Shown: one piece after another, positions 24,965-39,407 of the stretch
Numbering within the stretch: position 1 is the first letter of the stretch
Layout: every line of letters begins with the position of its first letter
Source of the DNA: Amoebophrya sp. A120
Lineage: Eukaryota > Protista > Dinoflagellata
DNA length: 64,000 nt
Direction: 5' to 3'
Assembly: GCA_905178155.1 (NCBI GenBank)
Contig: CAJINV010000007.1
Location: forward strand, 3,205,151-3,269,150
Notes under the pieces: generated by a model
Told to the model about the DNA's origin: nothing
The model's database searches: none
The model's input: the letters and a program-made list of their open reading frames with translations, nothing else
Position numbers and translations under genes: made by a program

Positions 24965-25569
24965 GGACGAGCTGAGGACGAGTTCTGATATGATATGTAC
25001 GAAGTAAACTGCACAAAATCAAAATGGAATCATTTTGCACACGCATTTTTTGTTTTCGGTATAATGAGCACCGCTGAGTCATGTTTCATGAATTTACTGG
25101 GTCAGGCATATCTCTCCTGACTCATGTGTATCGTGTGCCTTGACGAATGAAAGTTGATTGCTCGTTTCGCACATAGTACTCAAGTTCAAGTGTGCCGTTT
25201 TGGATCCTAATTGGTAAAAACGGGATCCAAAAAGACCGCTTCTTTTGGAATGATCCCAAAGGCGACGTTCCTCGTTCAGTGCAACAAAAAGAAAACAGTT
25301 TCTTGCAGAAGTAGTTCAATTTTTTCTTTTCCGCGACAGCGACATTTTGGCGACAAGCGACTACGATGAAGAGATTGATAGAAAAGCTCCTACAACCCTT
25401 GATGTGACCCACATAGTCACACTGTAGATCGCGCGTTCGTTTTTATTTCTTTACACGTTACCTCGAGAGTACGTTCTAGATCTAGTTCAAAAGGATGCCG
25501 CATTCCAATTTCACCTTCTCCTCCAAGGAGTCATGACCACTCTGACAGCCCGGTCGAGCCAGAGCCACA

Positions 25570-28500
25570 ATGCCCGCTTCACCGCCCGAGAAAGATAAAC
25601 ACCTCGCGCAAGAAGCTGCCGCCTGCCCCGCCCAGGACCCACCCGCAGGCTCGCTGGGCAAAATGACGACGTCCCCGCCAGCGTCAAGCAGCCGGAACGG
25701 AGGAACAAGCTTTTCCCCACCCAAACGAGAAAATAAACCAGCGCCAGCGGAAAAAATTTCCCCTCTGTCAGAAATTCTGGAAGAAATCGGCATTCCGGAA
25801 GAGGAAAGGAGCAATGGGGCGTCTAGAGAACAAGCCGACCTGAATGCTACACAGAACGAAAACGACGACCCGTCGCAGCAGCAGCAGCCCTTAGGAGCCC
25901 CGGTGCGCCGGAAGGCGCCGCCCATGAGCCAGGGCGACTCCGAGCCGTGGGTAGATTTTACCGACTTCCTCACCGACGAGGTTGCGAAAACGCTCAAGAC
26001 GGGCGACATGGTGTATTCTAAAGACTTCTGCCTGGTCGACGGTATGTCCGCGGTAGTTTCTATGGACCCGAAAATGGACAGCGGGTTTCGGACGAAAGAA
26101 GAAGTCAACACCCTGCAGAAGGCAAGGAAATTTTTCCTAGGAGAAGGAAAAAACAAAAAATCCTTTTTCAACACTCTGGAAGAGCTGAATCAGACCCTCG
26201 ATGCCCTGCTGAACGAATTCCTGATCTGGGCGGGCGGCGGCCGGCTGTGGCTGCAGACGATCGGAACCTGTGTGTTGTTGTTTGACAACGAGTTTTTCGA
26301 GGAATTAAAAGAAGCATCAACTTCTGCAAGGGGGTCTAGTACTTCCTCTTTGTTCCCAACGACGGAAGCCAAATACTGCGCGCAACTTTTCGCCAACTTC
26401 GTGTACGAGTTGCTTTCCAGTTGTTTGGCAGTGCAGAATGTGATTAAGACTGGGGAGCTTTATGACGGGGAGGAGGAGATGGTTTTGCTGGAAGAGCCGC
26501 TGATTCTCGAATGTATTGCGCGGGCGAGGAGGCCGCTGTTCGCTGCAAAAATACCGGAAGCAAGAAATCCGGCGGAGAGCGCCACCTCTTCATCGAGGCT
26601 ATACGAAAGATTTCCGGGAGAGCCGTCAGGGTTTGCCAGTGTCGAGGAAGGTAGGAGTGGTCTGATGAAATACCTAGTCGAGTCTGCTTTTCATGACGAA
26701 TTTGAAGTGTTTACTTATGTTCTGCCGCTCTGCGTGTTCAACATGATTAGCGCATTATCCATAAATAAAATGAAACTTTCATCCACAGACCGCATCACTC
26801 CCTGGATCGCCGCCGCTAGTTCGACCGAAGAAGCCAAATCCGCTTACACCGACCGACTGCGATTTCTCAAGCAGTACCGTAAGCTGCTGAACCTGCGTGT
26901 GCACGTGGGCGTGAAAGACGCGGTCAAGTTGGTAGAAAGCAGAAGAAACGATGAATCTAAGGACAATAAAATTATGAACGCGGATGAAAACCTGCAAAGC
27001 GGCGAGCTGCAATTGACCAGTGCGTCAACAACGACGGGAGGTGCAATAGAAAGTACCGACCCCGCTCCTGAGGAAACTGGAGAAATAAGTCAAGAGCCCG
27101 AAGAGCAGTTATCAGCAGCGGCGAAGAAGAACCGCAACAAGCGGAAGAAGAAACAGCTACTGAAGCAGGAACAGACCTTCTCCCCGACGAAAGAGTTCTT
27201 GGAAAAAGCGCAGGGAGGTTATTCGTCTTCCCCGGACGAAAAGCCGGACCCAAAAAAGTTTCCGATCGCCGCGGAGATGGACAGGAGACGGACGGAATTC
27301 ATGGAAATCACGAACGAGTTGTTGGCTTTAGTGACCGACAAGCTTAGTTCTGGATCCGGAACTGCTTCTTGTTCATCTCCAACGGGCGGGGAAGGATCCG
27401 CATCCACTCTTTTCCCTACGATATCGTCCGCCCGTTGGATGCTGCAAGATTACCACCACCGCGCGATGCGGGTTGGCCCGCCGCGGAAGGCCTGCGTTCG
27501 GACGATGGCGGAGAGCTGGGCGGTGTGGGAGCAGCATCTGAAATCCATGCTCGTTGTGTACACCAAGTACCACGATTTGTTGTTCCAAACCTTTAACGTG
27601 AAGGGGCAGGAGTACAGCGCTTCCATTATCGTTCCGATCCTCCGGTTTTTCATGCAAATGGAAACCGTGTTGGACACCGGTTCTTTATTGGGGAAGACCG
27701 GCAGTAATTCTTCAGCCGCATCGCCCTTACTCGCAGCGGCGGCAGCTTCGACCACGTCTTCGTCCAGTAGCTCCGTGCCAAAGAGCTCAACTGCCGAAGC
27801 GAAACACATAATACCGCTGATCCCCAACCACGCGGACGTGATCGCTCGCTCCCTCGCGTGGTGCTACTTCCAGGCCCGCACGGACTACCGGTTCTGGGCG
27901 TCGTTTGACCCGGAGAGGTGGGACGAAAAGATGCTGGACAAAAACGGGGAGAACGAAATGGAGAAAATCGCGAACCAGCCACCCGTGGAGCGAGTGCCCA
28001 GCATGAAGAACCGCAACCTGGCGAACGCCGAGGCGGCGGAGATGAAAAGTGCAATTCTCGCCGCGCAAAATGGTTCATCCACTAAAAAGACCTTCAAGTT
28101 GGACCCGAAAACCGATTTGCAGAAAGTAGTTCTAGTCTCGCTCCGCACTTTTCTCCATCACTTCTGCATCCAGCAGGGCTACGGCGCCGCGAGCGACATC
28201 CGCCGGAAGCTGAACGCAGGGGAAAATATAGAGTTGTCCAGCTGTGAATCCGTGACGAAGCTGCGGATTCCGGAAAATTTTCAGCTGGAAACAACGTACG
28301 ACGAAATGATCTGGCGGCTCGACGAAATCTGCAGGTGGAACGTCCGGATTCTGCACCAAACTACCGCGAAAAGGCACCGCCAGTTCGTGCATTTGTGGGG
28401 GGTATTATGCACTGAAACATTGCTTCATGATTGCCGGTCTCTTTTTTTCCGCGCTTTGCATGATTCTATGTGTCGTTTATTTGCGTCGTCGTCTCGTACG

Positions 28501-29763
28501 ATCATGATAGCGGCACAGCTTCGCAGATGCGGCTCGTACATGGATGCTTAGATTTCTTTGATAGCGAACAAATCCAAATCCGCAGGAACTGGGTCACTTT
28601 CAGGAGGAGTTCGCACAGGTGGCCGACTTTGGGTTCCGGATTTGCTACGGGAACAGCCTCCGATTGACCGCCCCGATCCAGTATTTCGTGACGGAGCTCG
28701 GGTACCAGGCGATAATCCAGCACATGCTGCTCGGTTTCCCGCTGGAGTGTTACGACAACGAGGACCTGCTGATCATTTTCTGGTTCCTCGACTTTGTCTG
28801 TGAGTGCCGCGGCCAGGTACTCCGCGTGCGGAAGGAAAGGCAGCTGATTTGCTCAAACAAGGACTTAGTGGCGGCGTGTCGAGAGCAAGCCGCCTTGGGG
28901 GAGAGCTGCGAGGAAGGGAAGGACCTTACTAGCGAGGAACATCAAACGACCCAGGAACTGCAAGCAGGAGCGACGAGCAACAACAGCAAGAAAAAGAAAA
29001 AAAAGAAGAAACCAGGCGCAGAAGTAGGGGGAGAAAATAATTCGCAGCTTGTCGCGGCAACAGAAACTACCCCGACGACCCCGCCGCAGATTGACGGAAT
29101 TTTGCTGTACCACGCCGCCGAGGGGCTGCTTCTGAAGGCTCTTTTTCGTCTGGTGTACTTCCTCGCCGTGAAGCAAATCACGAAGAGGGACAACTTTTCT
29201 GCCTCCTGGAACCGATACTGGTATCGACTCCGGATGGTCAGCAGCACGGGCGCATTTCCGCAGTCGGGTGGCCCGCCCCCCTTCAAGGAATACTGGCAAA
29301 TGGTAGCCAGCGTCGACAAACTCTCCGCAAACTTTGACCAGGAGCTGATGCTCAGCCTCACAGAATTTTTCTTGGAGGCCAAGCAACTCTTCCAGGCGGG
29401 TAAATAACTTGCTTGGTTTTTATGATCTTCAAATCAATGTTGCTGATGCTATCGGCAGGTGCTGGTGCAGCAGGTGCTTAATACTGGAAGTATCTCAAAG
29501 TGTACTACATAGATTCGATATTGAGTCACTGGAAAGTACAGTCAATGCTGAAAGTAAATGTTTATGTGAACGAAAATCTCACCACAGCCAAGACGGCGGG
29601 CCTGCCCTCCCATCTCGAGCCTCTAGACCGAGTGATTCTGGCGAATTCCCTGGTTGCCACGAAGTTGAAGGGCCGGCGGGAAGGCGACAAGCTCAAGGCG
29701 ACGTTCTCAAACGCGCACCACTCCAGGATACCCTCGCTGAACCTGAAGCTCGAATCCGCATGA
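25570..29763 (+). CDS. NAA35: NatC N-acetyltransferase auxiliary subunit (Mak10/NAA35)
   Basis: WVDFTDF..LKTGDMV..FCLVDGMSAVVSMDPKMDSG, then LLGFPLECY..LLIIFWFLDF. Exons approx. 25570-28401, 28587-29399, 29588-29763. Confidence 0.8.
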
Positions 29764-30867
29764 TCGATTTAGGACGGTCTGTGACGCTGGCTTACGATTC
29801 ATGGACGAAGATGAGAGAGAGAATTGAATCGTTCTCTTCTTCAAAATGAAATAAACCGGTCATGGAGTTGTAAATCGTCTACCAAAGAGTACAAATCGCA
29901 ACGTGTGTGTGAATAGGAAACGGCGAGCTGAACTTGAAGCGAACTTGTATCACAGCGCAAGAACGATTAAATGTCAAACTGTAGTACGTAGTAGTGAGGG
30001 CGACACATTGAACCTGCTAGACGACAAGGCTCGTTTTAACTTGTCGTGCAAAATAAGCGTCAAATCGTGCAAACGCTGACTGTAGCCCGAGAGATTGTGG
30101 CAAACATGGAAGTTCGTATTTGAAATCGTTCTTGGACATACGACCACGAAAGATAAAATCGAAAAATGCGACAAATTTCGGTTTCGTTCACATCCAAAGC
30201 ACGCCACAAATAAGCAAATGTCGACGTGCATCTGCATGTAAGTACTTTAATAAAGTTCGATGGCGAAGAACAAATCCAATTTAATTGGAATTCGCGAGAA
30301 CACACATAGGTTAATTGTGATCGGTAAATGATAATGAGCGACAAAAAACGCAAACGCTTTCTCGGTCGCCTCGTTCGACTGCTTTTATGCATCAATAGCT
30401 CCTGCTCATACTCACTTTTGTCTGCAACATGGAAATTATTTTTCAACGATACTGTTTACGTTCCACTTCCACACCATGTAATTGGCAGCTTCGTAGTTAG
30501 GTTGAACTTTTTGTCTTCCATGGCAGCACAACAGCGTCCTCCCTCAACTCAACAACCCTTAACAATCAAAATTTTTCCCGCGAAAACAAGTACTAACTGG
30601 TTTTTGTTTCGCAGTTTTCCCTTTTGTAAGATAAGGAACAACAACAGTAAAGCACAAGCACCAACCGCTAAGAAGTAGGAGCGAGAAAAATTTCTGCTAC
30701 AAGAAGAAGAAGATCGGAGAAGTGTAAGTTGTACGAAAGGGTGTGAAAGTATAGGAAATATAAAACCGTTGTCTCGACGAGTAAAATTCTCCGCTGTACC
30801 AACGTACTAGTAGGAACAAGATAAACACTGAATTCCCTCGCAGCAAGATCAGAAAGGAGAAGGAAAA

Positions 30868-31327
30868 ATGGGTTCGGAGTGGTTCGAGTGTGTGTGCCAG
30901 TTCTTCCGGGCGCAGTCCGAGAACCTGGCCGGCGTGCTGCAGGGTCTGGGCAACCAGGACACAATTTCCGACCTCGGGCCCAGCGACACACTAGCCGTCC
31001 CGCAGTCGCCAAACATGATCACCGCCAGCCCGATGCACCTCTTCATGCTTTTTCTCGCCATGATCTGGGCCTGGATGTACCTGCAGTCAGCAAACGGGCA
31101 GAGGGTAAGAGAATAGGACTTACGTACATTTTTTGCAGCTGGATATTGTCTTGTGTTATGCGCGAAAAGTTTTCCTATTGATTTCCTTAGAAATTATATA
31201 TGCATATCGTCTGCCCATCACATGAAAAAAATTCTGATCACAGGCAAACGAAAAACCCGCACCAGCAGCAGGCGGGGGCGAGAACAACGAAGGGGGTAAC
31301 GGCGGTGGTGCCGGGATGGCGCAGTGA
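30868..31327 (+). CDS. Small single-pass membrane protein, SMIM14/DUF2615-like
   Basis: N-terminal ECVC, TM segment LFMLFLAMIWAWMYL, GT-AG intron 31085-31242 and a short KP..Gly-rich tail. Confidence 0.6.
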
Positions 31328-33655
31328 AGTTTGTCTACGACGCAGTGAGGTTTAGTGTTTCTACAACACAAAAAGAAATACCCGATTATGTACTGGAATT
31401 TGAAAACCAGAATGTCGATATCCTCGATGCGGCATTTTGGGAGCTCATTCTACTTCCACAGGTCTTGTTTAGTACACCAGGTTGTGATATGGAACCTCCG
31501 ATGAACAAGCGACAGCTTCACTCTTGTTACCCCAAAAAGTACAGTGTTGTATCCATTTGTAGAGTTGCGACGGCCTTGCTACTGAAGAAGGTACTTATCC
31601 CGGCAAAGAATCCCGATGCAAACGCTCCACCCGAATAGATTGTTTTCTTTTTGAACTCTCTGCGTCTTTTTACGCCCCCTTTTTGACTGTCTTGCTTTTT
31701 CATTTTCTAGAGCTGGTTTCTATCAGGTTCGTCTTTCATTTTTTGTGAAGTCTGGTGAAATGTTGCTAAGAAAGATCTGCTGACAAAAAGCAGCTTTATT
31801 ATCCTTATTCTTTGCTATTGAACTACTAAGTACGCGGCGCACGGACCAGCTGCTATAAAAATGGTAAGAGAAAATGCACCGTGGCAGAAAATGCAACTGC
31901 TAGCGTCAAATAAATGCCCCGAGGAAATGAATGTACTTGCAACACGCGACGGCGGTGTCCAATGATTCTTTTTGTATCACCAACCGCTCCGAGTACGTTG
32001 TCGTGTGAACTGCTGAGCACATAGCCAAGGACGAGCTAAAATTTTCCTCAATTTTTCAACAGCAGGAGACGAAATAACAAGGCTTTTCGATAGTACAAGC
32101 TATTATCCTATACGAAAATTTTCCGCGGCGGCCAACCTTACCACTACTTGATATCCAGCACCTGCACTAGCACAGAACGTGCGTACGAAAAGACCTGCTA
32201 CTTCCTCTTTGCCGACACTGACCTTCTTCGATGTTTCGCATCTCCACCACGAAAATACTAACTAGACTTATGCACCGTGACCTGTCAGCAGCAACGATGT
32301 TGCTGTAATAGAATCGCAAAGGTCTAGCTGTTTCCCTGAAATAAAGAAGTACGGCTGAGATTTTTGCTTTTCTGTAGGGGTATGGGAGAAGTAGGAAACA
32401 ACTCGCGAGACGAAATCGAAAGCCAATTTTATATTGGAGAACAAGACATGATACTGATAGTGATACAAGGTATTGCCGCCTGTTGGCGCTCTGCTAAGAC
32501 CAGAGAACCAAGGGGGGCTAAGGTAACGGTTGAAATATTAGCCAGAAATTGGTTATCGATATCAAGTAGCAACTACTAAGAGCTGAAGTCTTTTGGTTTT
32601 GCTCATGCATCAATACATGAGCAGTCGAGTCGAACGAACTGCGCAGAGCTTTTTGCCGGACGAGCAGAGTGTTTGATGGAACAAAAGCAGCGATAAAGGC
32701 ATCTTCACGACTCTTGAGATGAGCTGTATCAAACCCCTAGAATCAGAATCTACTCCTCTTTTGTTTTTGACGACTAAGTAGAACTGTACTTTTACTAGTA
32801 CCACGACAGTCTCTATCTTTCTCAGAACTCTTTGATTTTTTATCCAAGCTTGTTATCTTATCTGCTATCGAACAATAAGAAACCCAACAGGAAACCCAAT
32901 CGTGTTATCTTGTCTGTATGAACCGAGAACTCGAGTTTATTGTACTTATGCCCCAGCAAAGCGAAAAAAATCGGCGCGCAGGCGCGCAGCGTTCCTGGAT
33001 AAAAATTTCTTCCGGAACAACTTGTGGTCTCGACGTTTAATTTTTGTTCGGAAAAACCAAGATCTGTGCCAGAGCAAGATCTTTTGCAGACCACTCCTGC
33101 GCCGACGCGAACTGCTTTCGTCTTGGAACATCCAAGAACTGCTCCTCATTCTTTCGCCGGGTACTTTTTGTAGTTTCAATCCATCGTCATTTTCAGAAAC
33201 TCGTCGTCCTCGTCGGGCCCGAGGTCGAACCATCTTTAGAGCGGAGTTGAAGTTGGTCAGTTGCCTCCTGTGGTCTTTTTATAGTGAATTGTAGACTGAG
33301 AGGTCGTTTCATCGTTGTCTTCTAGGATCGTTTTCGTCTTCTGTCGCAGCTTCTCGTCGCCTATAATCGACTATTATTTCATTCGTGCTCCTCTTCCTCA
33401 TTTTTTGCGCGAACGAATTTGGTCGTGTTCGTGATCCTTATCGTTTTCATCGTTGATCGTTGCCAACGCCCCCAGAGAGGCTCAGATTGTTCATATGATG
33501 TCTTTGAACGCCTGGTCTTTTTTCGTTCGTCAAGGTTGATCTTGACGGTTCGACCTTGTCTTCTGTAGTCACGGAGAAAGAGATCTACCCGGAAGAAAGC
33601 CTTTCCAAGAAACGAAAAGCAACAAGCATTTGCTAACCTGATTACGAAGTACTAA

Positions 33656-34223
33656 ATGACGCTATCGGCGGTCGGCGGGGGCACGCCAATGAAGCGGGAA
33701 CTCGACGCGGACCTGGTCAACGAGAATGACCATCTCATCGAAAAGTCACCGATCAAAAAGAAGAAAAGAGACCTCCGGACCATACTCAAGGAGTCCAGAG
33801 AGTACAGTTCTTTTTCTTCGGTTTTCACGCTTGCTTGGTCTTGCTTTTTTCAGGGACAAGAAGTAGCAGTATGATCAAAAGCCGCAAGTTTCAGAAGAAA
33901 AGGACTACATGATCATCCATGCGCATTCACATAGTTTCTGAACAAGATCACATTCCTCTCGTGTTGCAAAATAAGTTTCTTTTTGGTTTCCGATGGCGTA
34001 AGTGGTCGCGAACGGTGCGATTATTCAGACCAAATGACAGAAAGCCGGGCAAATTTTTGCTGATGTAGAGCGCTTACTTTGGGACCACCGATTTGTGAAA
34101 CAAGTACTAGTAGGCACTGGCACGGGCCGGCAAATGTTGATTTACTAGCCGGTAAATGTTGATGCGCTAGTATCGAACAGCTCGGCCAGGTGCGCCGTAG
34201 CGAACGAAGATGCGCCCACCTAA
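33656..34223 (+). CDS. Small basic hypothetical protein with NLS-like PIKKKKR
   Basis: ATG at 33656. A GT-AG intron ~33802-34180 joins in frame to DSARCAVANEDAPT*. Confidence 0.4.
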
Positions 34224-34487
34224 TTTTTCCGCCGTTAGAAATATCACAACCACAACCTGTGCGACACACTGTACGCTGGACGACGTTACACCGCGGCAGC
34301 TCTGGACGACTAAATCACGACATTCGTCCCCCTCCAGCGGCTGCCGGTGTACCAGAGCACCACTGCCAAGGCGCAATTTCCTTACTGGTACCGGTCATAG
34401 CCAATCCCCCCACGATCCTGCGAGTTATGCTTCGTTCCGCCCTGGCGCACAGCGCATCAAGGAACTGCACCTCGTCTCACCTAGTAG

Positions 34488-37400
34488 ATGACGAGCGTCG
34501 AATCCATTTCGAAGAATTTTTCCCCCAAGAAAGACCCCTCCGCGCCCGGCAACAACCTAGCTGAGAAACAAGCTGCCATGTCCCCGAACCTGATTGGTGC
34601 AGCAACTCGTGGCGCGACTAGCAGTAGTGCTTTGGCAGCATCATCTCCTCCGAACCCCTCCTCTCGCCGGAAGTCGTCTTCCGGAGGGAGCTCATACCTT
34701 CCGGTCGGCAAAACCGAGGCAGAGACTGGAATCACGACCATGGTGACAGAGCAGGCCGTCGCGCGGGCTACGGCTGTGGGCGAGACTGCAGATGCCAGCT
34801 CGCCACAAAATGTACCCTACGAGGATCTAGGGTTGGGGGGTGTTTATGCCGCGGAAAAGCCGCTTAGCTTTCGCGCACGGTGCTGAGAAGAAGATTTCTA
34901 TTTGAAGTTCTTTACCTCTAAGAACATCAAACTCGTACAATGCTTATGCTTTCACAGGCAGTGTTAGTCGGGCAAGTAGTACCTACTAAGATTGATAGGC
35001 AGCTACTGTGATCACATAGAAAACCAAATCGGTCGAAGTAGAAGCGCCCGATCCACACCGGGACGAGCTGCCCTCCTGGGGTGTCTGTACTTTCTTTGCA
35101 GCATCGTCTTAAAGGAGAAAAAAGGTTTTACATGCGCAGCATTCTTCGCGATGAATGACGCACGTTTAAAGGTACATAAAGCAAATTCTCATCCAAAAAC
35201 AATTTCAGATGGACGGGTGCGATTTTCGGGGTTGTCCTGCTGGCTTTTCTGTTCGCCTACTACTGCCTCCGCAGCGGCAAGGAGCAATGGGACTACGTCG
35301 TGGAGCCCCATCGCCAACCGAAGGTCGACGAGCGAAAATATGCGTACAAGATGTTTTCCAACGGGCTGCGGTTTGTGGGGATCCAGGACAAAGAATCGAA
35401 AAAAGCCGGCATGGCGGTGCTCGTCAACGCCGGGAGCTTGCGGGACCCGGACGAGAGTCTGTATTCCATGACGAACACGATCAACCCCACCAAGGGCAAA
35501 ACCGCCATCACCGGCGCCGCCGGGGAGACAGTGAACGGCATCCCGGGCCTCGCGCACCTGATCGAGCACACGGTGCTGATCGGGAGTAAAAAGTACCCCG
35601 GGAAGACGGAGTGGGACGACTTTCAGGAGAAGTACCTGGGGGACAGCAACGCCTTCACCGGGGAGGACCGCACGGTCTACTACATCGGGTTGGTCAACGA
35701 CGGGCTGGAGGAGTGTATGGACCGCGTGTCCGACTTCATGTTTAACCCCACCTTCGGCGCCGCCACGGAAATGAACGCGGTGGAAGCGGAGCACCAGAAA
35801 AACATCCAGTCCCCCGGGTGGCGGATCCAGGAGCTGAAGAACTACGTGTTCGACCCGAAGGGACTGGGCCGGTTCGGGACCGGGAACCTGCAGACCTTGA
35901 AACGGGACTCCATCGTCGAAGACATGAAGGTGTTCCACCAGCGCTACTACTACCCCGCGGACATGACCATGGTGACCATTTCGCCGGATTCCTTGGAGAA
36001 GCAACTGGAGCGCGCGGCCAAGTACTTCGGCAGGCAACCCGCGCCATCGAACCCCTTCGTGGACCCCCGGCCGTATGTCGTCCAGCCGGTGTATGGAAGG
36101 TACTGACAGGGTTTACTACGCAATAAAGTGTGTCTGTTTGTCATGCGAATTCGCATTCGCACACATCGCACAACCACATACATTCTACATTCATTTTCAT
36201 TGTTGGCAAAACAAACCGAGGTATGTGCACATGTTTGACGAGAACTCGCCGACTCCGCGCCTAATCCTGAACTTTCCCGTCGAGATGGACATCACGCCCT
36301 ACTATCGGTCGGGCGTGGGTGCCTACCTGGGCCACCTGCTGAACTACGAGTCCATGAAGAAGAAGCAGGGGTTGCAAGCGGAACTGCTGGACAAGGGGTG
36401 GATTTTCGGGTCCGGTTTTGACATCGGCGGCAGCAGTTACCTGACGACCATTTCCTTCAGCGCGAGCTTGCGGCACCCCCAGTTCGCGGAGAATGTGGTG
36501 AACGAGTTCTACCGGTACCTGCGAATTGTGAAGAAGGAGATCCACTTGGACGTGTACGAATCGCTGCAAAAATTGGACAACTTCTATTGGGACTGGCGCA
36601 AGGACGACGGGGACCGCGCGGACCTGGCGACGGCGTACGCCGAGCTGCTCGTGGAGAACCACCCGCCGGAGGACCTGCTGATGTCCGGGATGATGAAGAT
36701 GGACACGGAGTTTCTGCGGAAAATGATCAACATGATCATTCCGGAGCGCATGTCCGTGCTGATCACGGAGAAGAGCGGCGCGCCCGACGGGAGCGCGGCG
36801 GAGGGGTGGGGGGTCAAGCAACTGCCCTACTACAACGTGCCCTACACCGAGGGCCTGTGGCGCGTGCAGTATCTGAAGGACATTCTCGCCGGCACGGACG
36901 CGGAGTCCGTGGCACAGGCACAGCAGAAGGACTTCGTGGAGTACACGCTACCCCCCGCGCTGAAACCGCCCCCCGTGATTGACCACACGCCCGAGGACTT
37001 TTACCACCCCTTCACCAAGGAGCTGCCCTTCGGGCCCAGTCCCGAAAAGCTCGACGGCACCATCTGGTACCGTTGGGGCAGCACGACCAAGGAGCCGAAT
37101 TTCAAATTCTTTATCCGCTTGTACGCTCGCATCGACCGGGATTTTCTGCTGGACGATGACTTCGAGAAGCACGCCGTGTTTCGCCTGATGTGGTCCCGGT
37201 TGCTTGCGCGAAAGCTCGGGCCCATCCTGGAGCAGGCGGAGTCCTGTTCCTGCGTCGTGGACAAGGACGCGAGGTACAAAAACCTGATGGGCGTCACGAT
37301 CCGTTTGGGCGGGTTCTACTCGGCCGCGTGCGACGAGATTCTGATGAAGGTGCTGGACACGCTGATGAACCTGCGGGACCCCAGCGGCACGGTGCAGAAC

Positions 37401-39407
37401 TCCGTCCGCGGCACGGAAAACGTGAGTCGCATGGTCGAGGCACTGTACTTGGATTTGACGGACCACACCTCGAAAATGCCCTACAACTTCGCGCTGGGGG
37501 GGTTAGGCACGGTGGAGGGCGAGAATGGTATACATAAATAATGTTGAATGTGCTCTGTAATTGTGAAATGTTTGCTTGCATCAAGCTCTTGAAACCTAAA
37601 CTTCCATTTTATGCGGTGCTGGATAACTACTATGAGGCACACATACGTGATGTTGATGCGCAATGGTTCTTCTCGTCGATCAATCTCCTCTGTTTTGGAA
37701 GTGAGATGCTACTTATCCAAAAACCTGCCCGCCGCAGACATCACAACGGAGTCGCTGGCGAGCACGGTGAAGGCCCTCCGGGACCAGAAGCTGGCGGAAA
37801 TGAAGCGGGAGCCCCTCCCGGAGGCGAACGGGTTGCTGAAGGTTGAGGACTACCTCCCCGCGAAAGACCAACCGCTACCGGACCACATGCCCAAGCGGCC
37901 GCTGACCGCCGCGGAGAACATGCAACTGGTGCCGAACTCGAAGAGTCTGAACATCGACCCCACGATATCCTGAGTCAAAACGTACCCACACCAGAGTTGT
38001 AATGCAAATCTGCATGCTGAAAATGTTTCTCATGCGGAGCCCCATGAGAAGCATTTTCTAATCGTGTTTTGCAATTTGTTATGCTCCAATCAGCATGGTA
38101 TGCTAGATCTGTGATGCTGCTGAGCTAGCTCAAACAGCACTACACTACGAATCCAAATTTGTCATGCAAAACAGCCAAAGCTTGTGGATTTGTCTAGCCG
38201 ATTCCTCATCTTGACTATGGTGTGGGTACGTTTTTACTCAGGATACACGAAGACCGACTCGATCGCCAAAGTGGACGAGCTGGTCGCCCGCATCCTGTAC
38301 GACGAAAATCTCCACGCCGAGGGCATGGCGTTCGGGGGGATCACCAAGGAGGACGCGCGCCGCCTGCGGGATTTGATCATCAACAAGATCAACGAGAAGC
38401 GGGACACGACGAAACTGACCATCAAGTGGAACTCGAAGGAGAATCCGATCCCGTTTAAAAAGTCCACGCGGATTTTGAACAAGCCGGTGGACCTGCAGAT
38501 GCACAACAAGCGGCTGGACGACACGAACGACGTTACTTTCGTGCGGATCACGAAGCCCAGTAAAAAGGCCCAGTTCACCGGCCCGGACGGCACCGCCATC
38601 AGCAGCATGCACGAGATCTTCATTCACAAAATGCTAGGCGTCATGTTCTCCTCCTTCACGTTCAGCAGGTACTTACAATGATGATGCATATATACTTACA
38701 AAGAAAATAAAGGCTGATCATTAACATGATTTTAATATTGCAAGCAAATGCAATTACAAGACCAAGAGCCAAGAGTTCTTGGATTTCTGCTCTGGCAGCG
38801 TTTCTTCACTCACTACTTCCGTGATCTTATCAGGCTGCGCACGCTAGTTTTGGAGAAGCAGGGCAAGCAGCGGTACATCGTATTTGGCTCCGTCGGTTCG
38901 AATGCCGGTACGAGTTTTGACGTTGACGTCCTCGTGCAGACCAACAAGGAGAACCTCGAGGAGGTGAAACAGGAGATCGAGAAGCACATCTACACCGATT
39001 TCAAGGACTTTCTGACGAAGGAAGTCACCGAGAAGGAGTTCGAGACGCGGAAGAAGTCCATCCTGTCCAAGCTGAACTCCAAGGCGGATTCCTTCGGTTC
39101 CGAGTACGGACACTTCGCGGGCGCATTAGACGTCCCGTACGGGGAGCCCACGGAGTGCATCTTCCAAATGCAGAAAGTGAAGCGGGAAGTGGTGCAGTCG
39201 CTGAAACTCGAGGAGGTGCGCGCGGCCTGGGACGATTTTCTGGTGAAGGAAAAAACGATGCGGAAGCAAGTGGTGCTCTACCATGATCTGAACATGGAGC
39301 TGGACAAGAAGAAAACCGTCGCGGCCTACCAAGCGGCTAAGAAAAACTACGAAAACCTCGATTGGATGCCGCAATTCGCCGCCTACCAAGAGTGCATGGA
39401 GTCGTAG
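34488..39407 (+). CDS. Insulinase-family (M16A) zinc metallopeptidase, probably membrane-anchored
   Basis: Inverted zincin motif GLAHLIEHTVLIGSKKYP, NAFT and FGTGNLQTL. TM segment AIFGVVLLAFLFAYYCL upstream. Exons from 35209 to 39407 are well supported; the link to the 34488 ORF is uncertain. Confidence 0.8.
37966..38245. mobile_element. TIR intronic element, family A (E5), 280 bp
   Basis: 32-bp TIR with 30/32 match (left TATCCTGAGTCAAAACGTACCCACACCAGAGT). Perfect TSD CACGA at 37961-37965 and 38246-38250. Removal gives IDPTKTDSIAKV. Confidence 0.9.
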
